A stretch of DNA of 64,000 bases from Candidatus Latescibacterota bacterium (GTDB taxonomy: Bacteria; Latescibacterota; UBA2968; UBA8231), in contig OZ220090.1 of NCBI GenBank assembly GCA_964291625.2, positions 256,001-320,000 of the forward strand, read 5' to 3'. The notes beneath the pieces are model-generated. The model had not been told where the DNA came from. It was given only the letters and a program-made list of their open reading frames with translations, and searched no databases. The position numbers and the translations under genes are program-made. How positions within the stretch are numbered: position 1 is the stretch's first letter; each line of letters opens with the position of its first letter. This document shows positions 57,706-64,000 of the stretch, piece after piece.

Positions 57706-60003
57706 TCAGAACTCCACGGCTTCGCGCTTCATGGCGCGCAGGGTGGCGGTGGTGCCGAAGAACACGATCAGGAAGAGGAGAACGGCGATCGCCGTCGCCT
57801 CTCCCACCTTGAACTCGGTGAACATGGCCTGAACCATCCTCGTGCCGATGACGTGGTTGTCGGTGGTGGGCCGCTGGTTGGTGAGCAGCCAGATCACCTC
57901 GAAGGCCTTCATGCCGCCGATGATCATGAAGACGATGGAGATCGACAGCACTTCCCAGATGAGGGGGATGGTGATCGACCGGAACTGGCGCCACGCCGAG
58001 GCGCCGTCGATGTCGGCCGCCTCGTACATGGTCTGGGGGATGCTCTCCATGGCCGCCAGGAAGAGGATCATGTTGAACCCGGCGGCGCCCCAGATCGACA
58101 TGGGGATGAGCGCCCAGTAGAGGTTGTCCTGGGCCAGCCAGGCGAAGCCTGCGAACTGGTCGAAGCCGAGGGCCGTGAGCACCGTGTTCACCGGGCCGCC
58201 CTGGGGGTTGTAGAGGTGCATCCACAACAGGGTGGCGGCCACCCCGCCGAGGATGTTGGGGAAGAAGAAGGCGATGCGGAAGAGCTTGGCCCCCACTACG
58301 CCGCGGCTGATGCAGACCGCCAGGAACAGCGCAAGGGGCAGCACGCAGGCGGGGATGACGAACATGATGAAGAGGTTGTTCGACAGGGCGACCCAGAACT
58401 CGTCGCTCTCGAAGAGCAGGCGGTGGAAGTGGAGCAGCCCCACGAAGGACATCTCGGTGAGTCCGTCCCAGCGCATGGTGCTCCACAGGAAGGACTTGAC
58501 ACTCGGGACGATGACGAAGAGGGAGTAGAACACGGCCGCCGGCCCGACGAAGAAGGCGACGCCGCGCCAGTTCATGCGCACGGTGCTGTTGGGTTTCGGC
58601 GCCTCGCCGGCGCGCTTCTCCCGCCACTGGCGGATCGTGGTGTAGAGCCAGAAGCCCATGGCCAGCCCCAGCAGCCCCAGCAGCAGGGCCGGCTTCCACA
58701 AGTGGCGCACGGTGACGTCCTCGGGGTGGGTGGCGCGGTTGCGCACCGCCAGCGCCGCCGACTCCAGCTCCCGGGCCCCTTCCTCGGGGGTGATCTCGCC
58801 GTTGACGATCTTGAAGCGCGTGTCGTTGAGGAACTGGTCCATCTCCGGGAAGCCCTCGCCGGGGGCGGTGCCGTAGGTCGTGGTCGCCCGCCGGGCCATC
58901 TCCACCAGGTCCTGCAGGTCGGCGCTGGTGCGGCCCTCCATCGACCCCTCGACGGCGACCAGGATGTCGCGCATCTCGGCGAAGGTGCCGGCCTGCTCCC
59001 GGGAGGTCATGAAGCGCAGGAAGTCGACGCCCAGCTCCGGGCGCGCGCTCTCGCGGAAGACGAAGTAGTAGCCGGCGCCGGTGTACACGGCGTTCGGGTC
59101 GCCCACGCCGCCCTCGACGGCGGGGAAGTTGAACGCCCCCAGGCGGAAGCCCTCGGGGATCTTGCCGAGCATCTCGCTCTTCAGCCACGAGCCGCAGAAC
59201 ACCATCGCCGTGTGGCCGAGGAAGAACTCGAGCTGCGCCTCGGTGTGGCTCATGCCGAGGGCGCCGGGCTGGAAGTAGTTCACGGCGGTGCGCTGGATCA
59301 GGCCGAGGGCGGTGACGAACTCGGGGTTGTCGAAGCTGCCCGGCACCAGGTCCTTCTGCTCGTAGTAGCGGTCGCGGCCGGCCAGGTGGTAGTAGGCGTT
59401 GTCGGTGACGCCCCCGATGTAGCCGGGGTACCGCCCCTGGAAGGCCAGCGGCGCGATGCCGGCCTGCTGGATCGTCTCGCAGAGGGCGAAGAACTCGTCC
59501 CACGTCCGCGGCGGCGTCCAGCCGTGCTCCTCGAACATCCCCTTGTTGTACCAGATGGCGTAGATCGAGTAGAGGAAGGGGATGCCGTAGGTCCGGCCCT
59601 CGTGCTGGTAGCGCTCCAGGCTGCCGGGCAGGAAGGAGTCGCGCCAGGTGCGGTCGCCCTCCCAGCTCGGCCCGTCGAGATAGTCGTCGAGGGGCAGGAT
59701 CTCGCCGTTGCGGATCAGGGCCCAGTAGTTGAGGCCGGCGTTGCTGACCTCGGGGAAGGTCCCTTCGAGGATGCGCACCCGCACCTTGTCGGCGATGCGG
59801 GGATCGCCGTAGAGATCGACCTCGACGTCGGGGCGGACCTTCTCGTACTCGCGGGCGGCGTGGAAGAAGAAGCTCAGCCCCTCGCCGCCCTCGAAGACGG
59901 GCACCTCGATGCGGGTCCGCTCCTCGGCGGCGGCCGGGGCCAGCAGGGCGGCGAGCGGGAGCAGCCCGCTCAGCATCCGTCGAGGGAGTGCGCCCGTCAG
60001 CAA
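57706..60003 (-). CDS. Fusion of an extracellular solute-binding protein and a CUT1 permease (MalF-like)
   Basis: N-terminal SBP (YGIPF, WYNKGMFEEHG, PRTWDEF, GSWL) in one frame with a permease (YEAADIDGA, ITIPL). Confidence 0.9.
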   Translation of the reverse strand: MLTGALPRRMLSGLLPLAALLAPAAAEERTRIEVPVFEGGEGLSFFFHAAREYEKVRPDVEVDLYGDPRIADKVRVRILEGTFPEVSNAGLNYWALIRNGEILPLDDYLDGPSWEGDRTWRDSFLPGSLERYQHEGRTYGIPFLYSIYAIWYNKGMFEEHGWTPPRTWDEFFALCETIQQAGIAPLAFQGRYPGYIGGVTDNAYYHLAGRDRYYEQKDLVPGSFDNPEFVTALGLIQRTAVNYFQPGALGMSHTEAQLEFFLGHTAMVFCGSWLKSEMLGKIPEGFRLGAFNFPAVEGGVGDPNAVYTGAGYYFVFRESARPELGVDFLRFMTSREQAGTFAEMRDILVAVEGSMEGRTSADLQDLVEMARRATTTYGTAPGEGFPEMDQFLNDTRFKIVNGEITPEEGARELESAALAVRNRATHPEDVTVRHLWKPALLLGLLGLAMGFWLYTTIRQWREKRAGEAPKPNSTVRMNWRGVAFFVGPAAVFYSLFVIVPSVKSFLWSTMRWDGLTEMSFVGLLHFHRLLFESDEFWVALSNNLFIMFVIPACVLPLALFLAVCISRGVVGAKLFRIAFFFPNILGGVAATLLWMHLYNPQGGPVNTVLTALGFDQFAGFAWLAQDNLYWALIPMSIWGAAGFNMILFLAAMESIPQTMYEAADIDGASAWRQFRSITIPLIWEVLSISIVFMIIGGMKAFEVIWLLTNQRPTTDNHVIGTRMVQAMFTEFKVGEATAIAVLLFLIVFFGTTATLRAMKREAVEF

Positions 60004-60007
60004 GGGG

Positions 60008-60433
60008 TCAGGGAAGCTCCACGACCACGTACTGTTCCTCCACCGAGACCGGGTAGGTCTCGACCACGTACGGCCCCTTGCGCGGGCCGGCCACCTCCTC
60101 GCCCGCCACCACCTCCACGTCGTAGCTCCGGGTGCGGGTGCGGGCCGGGTCCCACCAGGACTGGCCGGTCCGCACGTCGAACTCCCAGCCGTGCCAGGGG
60201 CAGCGCAGGATCTCCCCCTGGCGGGTGTAGGTGTAGTCCCCCGGGCCCCGCGACTGCAGGAAGCCGGTGAGCCGCCCCTTGCACAGGGGGCCTCCCTGGT
60301 GGGCGCAGCGGTTGCGCAGGGCGAAGAACTCCCCCTCGAGGTTGAAGACGCCGATGGAGCGGCCCTCGATCTCCACGATCTTGCGGCCCCCCGGCGGGAT
60401 CTCCGCCAACGTGCCGACCACGTGCCGCGCCAT
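60008..60433 (-). CDS. Soluble Rieske (2Fe-2S) ferredoxin
   Basis: NRCAHQGGPL and RCPWHGWEFD; own ATG (MARHVV) at 60433. Confidence 0.92.
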   Translation of the reverse strand: MARHVVGTLAEIPPGGRKIVEIEGRSIGVFNLEGEFFALRNRCAHQGGPLCKGRLTGFLQSRGPGDYTYTRQGEILRCPWHGWEFDVRTGQSWWDPARTRTRSYDVEVVAGEEVAGPRKGPYVVETYPVSVEEQYVVVELP

Positions 60434-60444
60434 GCGTGTTCCGC

Positions 60445-61549
60445 TCAGTCCAGCCCGTAGAGCCGGCGGGCGTTCCCGGCCAGGATCGACCTTGCGCAGC
60501 TCCCGGTCGAGCCGCGCCGGCAGTGCCTGCGCCGGCGAGTCGAAGTCCCAGTGGGGGTAGTCGGTGGCGAACATGAGATGGTCGTCCATCTCCATCCACC
60601 CGAGCATCTGCTCGAAGTACTCCGGGTCGGGGGGCTCCTCCATGGGCTGGGTGGTCACCCAGAAGTGGTCGCGCACGTACTCCGAGGGCGGCCGGCGCAG
60701 GCGGCCCAGCTCGGCGCCCATGCGCTTCCAGCAGTGGTCGAGGCGCCACATGAGCGGCGCCAGCCACGAGAACCCCCCTTCGATGAGGACCACCTTCAGG
60801 GTGGGGAAGCGCTCGAAGACGCCTTCGTACACGAGGCTGGCCACCTGGGGCTGGAAGGACTGGGGCATGCCGCCGTGGTCCTCCACGTAGTGGGAGGGCC
60901 AGCCGGCGCCGGTGATCGGCCCGCCCCCGGCGCCGCCGAAGTGGATGGCCACCGGCAGGTCGTGGCGCGCGGCGGCCTCGTACATCTTCCAGTACTTGCG
61001 GTGGCCCAGGGGCTCGCGGGTGCGCACCAGCAGCAGCAGCTGCAGAAAGCCGGGGTGGCCGCCCATGCGGTCGACCTCGGCCGCGGCCAGCTCGCCGTCC
61101 TCGTAGGGCACCACGATGGAGCCGCGCATCCGCGGCTCCGGCTCGATCCACTCGGCGAGCTGCCAGTCGTTCATCGCCCGGCAGAGGGCGGCGCCGTACT
61201 CCAGGTTGACGTCCCCGCCGGCGCGGATGAGGGGGGTCATGATGCCGTAGTCGATCTCCCACTCGTCCAGCAGCTGCATCCGCAGGAAGTCCAGGTCCGA
61301 CCCCGGCGGCCCTCCCGAGGGCGGCCAGGAGTCGTGGCGCGCCGCGTTCGGCGCGATCCGCGGGTACGCCGAGCCGACGTGGCCGCGCATGCCGATGGTG
61401 CGGTGGTGCTCCCGCCACTCCGCCGGCAGGAACCGCTCCATCGTCCCGTCCTCGGGCATGGTCACGTGGATGTCGGCGTCGATCACGGCCAGCTTCTGCG
61501 GCCGTTCCGCCGCGGCGGGGGCCGGTTCGACGAGCGTGGTCGTTCCCAT
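60445..61549 (-). CDS. Amidohydrolase_2-fold protein (probable dinuclear oxygenase catalytic subunit), frameshifted near 60490
   Basis: IDADIH, PVAIHFGG, IEGG, TTQPMEEP, FATDYPHWD; the natural end ILAGNARRLYGLD-stop is in a shifted frame. Confidence 0.88.
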
Positions 61550-61563
61550 CTGCAGGTCCTCCT

Positions 61564-62628
61564 TCACAGCCGGTAGAAGGCGCGGGCGTTCTCCGACCAG
61601 ATCCGTTCCGTCAGGGCCTCGTCCAGGCGCACCGGCCAGGCCTCCGCGGGCGAGTCGAACCACCCGTGGGGGTAGTCCGTGGCGAAGAGGAGCATCTCGT
61701 CCGAGTCCATCTGCCCGATGATCTGCCCCAGCGGCTCCGGGTCCGCCGGCGCGTCCCAGGGCTGCACGGTGAGGCGGATGTGCTCGCGCATGTACTCCGA
61801 CGGCGGGCGCCTCACCCACGGCGTGTCGCTGCGCAGGCCCTTCCACTCCTTGTCGAGGCGCCACATGAGCGACGGCATCCAGGTGAACCCGCCCTCGACG
61901 AGGGCGACGCGCAGCCCCGGGAAGCGGTCGAAGGCGCCCTCCATGATCAGGCTGTTCACCTGGGACTGGAAGAGGGCGGCCATGCCCGCGTACTCCTCGA
62001 CGAAGCTCGTGGGCCATCCCGAGGGGGTCGACGGGTGGCCAGCGGCGCCGCCGTAGTGGATGGCCACGGCCAGGCCGTGGCGCACCGCCGCCTCGTAGAT
62101 CGGGTCGTGGCGCCGGTTGCCGTAGGGGACCAGGGAGCGCACCGGCAGGATCACCTGCACGAAGCCGGGGACGCCGCCGACGCGGTCGATCTCGGCGGCG
62201 GCCAGCACCGGGTCCTGGGACGGGACCACCACCGAGGCCCGCAGCCTCGGCTCCGGCTGCAGCCACTCCTCGATCTGCCAGGTGTTGACGGCCGCCGCCA
62301 GGGCCGCCCCGAGGTCGGCGTTGTGCACCGACGAGGCCTGGTAGTTGCAGGTCAGGACCCCGCGCTCCAGCTCCCAGGGGTCGAGGACGTGGTTCCGCAC
62401 TTGTTCCAGGGTGGACCCCGGTCCGTCGCCTTCGCCCCGGAAGTCGGGCCGGGCCGTCAGCGGCAGACCCGGCGGATAGTCGGAGGCGTCGGGTCCGCGG
62501 AAGCCCGAGTGGGTGGTGTAGTCGACCCAGTGGTCGGGCAGGTACGCCTGCAGGCCCTCGAGGGTGGGCGCGTTGTGGATGTCGCAGTCGATGAGGGGGC
62601 GGCCCCCGCGGTCGCCGAGGGTCTGCAC
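61564..62628 (-). CDS. Amidohydrolase_2-fold protein (partner subunit)
   Basis: IDCDIH, VAIHYGG, VEGG, FATDYPHGW, ENARAFYRL. Confidence 0.9.
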   Translation of the reverse strand: MQTLGDRGGRPLIDCDIHNAPTLEGLQAYLPDHWVDYTTHSGFRGPDASDYPPGLPLTARPDFRGEGDGPGSTLEQVRNHVLDPWELERGVLTCNYQASSVHNADLGAALAAAVNTWQIEEWLQPEPRLRASVVVPSQDPVLAAAEIDRVGGVPGFVQVILPVRSLVPYGNRRHDPIYEAAVRHGLAVAIHYGGAAGHPSTPSGWPTSFVEEYAGMAALFQSQVNSLIMEGAFDRFPGLRVALVEGGFTWMPSLMWRLDKEWKGLRSDTPWVRRPPSEYMREHIRLTVQPWDAPADPEPLGQIIGQMDSDEMLLFATDYPHGWFDSPAEAWPVRLDEALTERIWSENARAFYRL

Positions 62629-62630
62629 CG

Positions 62631-63383
62631 TCAGAACCGCTCCAGCAGCAGGCCGGTGATGGCGTTGGGCCGCTGGTAGTAGCGGCGCGTGGCCTCGTCC
62701 GCCTCAGCCCAGAGCCGCCGCGGGAAGATCGTGTAGTTGCTGATCGGCGGCGCCGAGCGGCGACCGCAGTAGATGTGGATGGTGCGCCGCTCCACCGGGC
62801 TGCGGCGCACGTTGCCGGCGTGGAACATGCCGGCGTTGAAGAGGATCGCCGTGCCCTTCTCCCCCTCGACGTGGTGGGCCGTGTCCAGGTCGTAGTGGTC
62901 CAGGGGCGGCAGCTCGTCGCCCTGGGCCGAGCCGGGGATGAGGCTGAAGGTGTGGGCGGTGGCGTCCACGTCGCTCAGGTAGTAGGCCACGGAGAGGTAG
63001 TGGGTGGAGTACGGAGGCCGGGAGCCGAGTTGCGGCCAGCCGCCGCCGTCCCGGTGCCAGTTGCAGTAGGGCTCGCCGTCGTGGGGCCGGCGGATGCGCA
63101 CCGAGTGTTCCTCGGCGCACAGCTCGGGCCCGAGGATCGCCTCCAGCAGCGGCAGCAGGGACGGGGGCCGCATGGTGACGTCCATCTCCTCGTGGGCCAG
63201 GAGCATGTGCACGTTGAGGGTGACGTGGCCCTCCTCGCGCTCGGTCCAGAACGGCGAGCCGGCGGCCAGGTCGCGGTCGATGGCGTCGTTGGCGGCCTCC
63301 ACCTGGGCGGCGTCGAGGGCGCCGGGCACCACGAGGTACCCGGTGCGGGCATAGCGCTCCAGCTGGTCTGCAAACGCGTTCAT
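62631..63383 (-). CDS. PhyH family Fe(II)/2OG dioxygenase
   Basis: GYLVVPGAL, WHRD, IPGS, FHAG, RRTIH. Confidence 0.88.
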   Translation of the reverse strand: MNAFADQLERYARTGYLVVPGALDAAQVEAANDAIDRDLAAGSPFWTEREEGHVTLNVHMLLAHEEMDVTMRPPSLLPLLEAILGPELCAEEHSVRIRRPHDGEPYCNWHRDGGGWPQLGSRPPYSTHYLSVAYYLSDVDATAHTFSLIPGSAQGDELPPLDHYDLDTAHHVEGEKGTAILFNAGMFHAGNVRRSPVERRTIHIYCGRRSAPPISNYTIFPRRLWAEADEATRRYYQRPNAITGLLLERF

Positions 63384-63442
63384 GGCAGCCGGGGACGATA
63401 GTCCCGGGGGACCGCCGCCGTCCACATGGACCGGGGGGCGGC

Positions 63443-64000
63443 TCACGCGGTCCAGGGCTCCGGGTCGGCGAAGAGGCAGCGGGCCTCCGGACCCAGGCGG
63501 GCGGCCGCTTCCGGGCTCAGGGCGCTGGAGAACACCATGTGCGGGTCGTCGCGCCGGCAGAAGAAGCTGGTGAGGCTGTGTCGCGCCTCGCCGCTGTCGT
63601 TGCGGGTCGTGCCGTGCCACATGTGGCTGTTGATGACGACCACGGTGCCGGCCTCGCCGGGCACCAGCCTCTCCTCCGGGTGGGGCGCGGCCGGGTCCTC
63701 GAGGACGTCCGGAGCCTGCCCCCGGAGGTGGGTGCCGGGGATCACCCGGGTGGCGCCGTTGGCTTCGGTGAAGTCGGAGAGCATCCAGATCGAGTTGCCG
63801 ACCGCGCAGCGCCCGGGCGGCGGCGGCGGGCCGTTGTAGTCGACGTGGAGCTTCTGCTGCTCCGCGCCGGGGGGATGGGGCCGGCCGTGGACGCCAAAGG
63901 ACTTGATGTGCCCGTCGAGGAGGTGGCAGACGGCGGCCAGCACCCGGGGATGGGTGAAGCAGATGTCGAAGCCGGCCGACTTGTTCTGCATGTAGCTGGA
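63443..64000 (-). CDS. PhyH family Fe(II)/2OG dioxygenase, 5' end outside the window
   Basis: LHVD, NGATRVIPGTH, WHGTTRN. Confidence 0.88.
   Translation of the reverse strand, partial: SSYMQNKSAGFDICFTHPRVLAAVCHLLDGHIKSFGVHGRPHPPGAEQQKLHVDYNGPPPPPGRCAVGNSIWMLSDFTEANGATRVIPGTHLRGQAPDVLEDPAAPHPEERLVPGEAGTVVVINSHMWHGTTRNDSGEARHSLTSFFCRRDDPHMVFSSALSPEAAARLGPEARCLFADPEPWTA

Noticed and set aside
60008-61549. Apparent amidohydrolase-Rieske fusion in the ORF track (60008..62266)
   Set aside because: One extra base near 60490 creates it. The natural amidohydrolase end (ILAGNARRLYGLD-stop, 60445) and a separate Rieske ATG (60433) are both present.

Overview
High-GC bacterial genomic window of about 55 protein genes. 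I found no rRNA, tRNA, CRISPR array, transposase, integrase or reverse transcriptase. The gene content includes plant-type LRR and ankyrin proteins, dockerin/EF-hand + FlgD-Ig C-terminal tails, a sulfatase, three PhyH dioxygenases, long-loop ABC-2 permeases and a DUF6785-type transporter. This suggests, by inference only, a marine host-associated FCB-group organism such as Latescibacterota or Gemmatimonadota. Main systems: (1) an ECF sigma/anti-sigma/Spy-like locus with its own duplicated promoter motif; (2) a Rieske-cytochrome b-octaheme HAO-family module with no cytochrome c1, followed by an HTTM-DCC1 fusion; (3) recent tandem duplications of an enolase-family gene and an ABC permease; (4) a cluster of secreted eukaryote-like repeat proteins; (5) a tight minus-strand operon of PhyH x2, amidohydrolase x2, Rieske ferredoxin and an SBP-permease fusion, resembling amidohydrolase-related dinuclear oxygenases. 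Intergenic spaces carry many deletion-collapsed relics (HNH, HigB/HigA, BlaI, ParD, FitA-like, TlpA, a collapsed copy of a neighbouring gene). Five single-base frameshifts, mostly in homopolymers, look like assembly errors. All family assignments are by eye from motifs; no database search was run.
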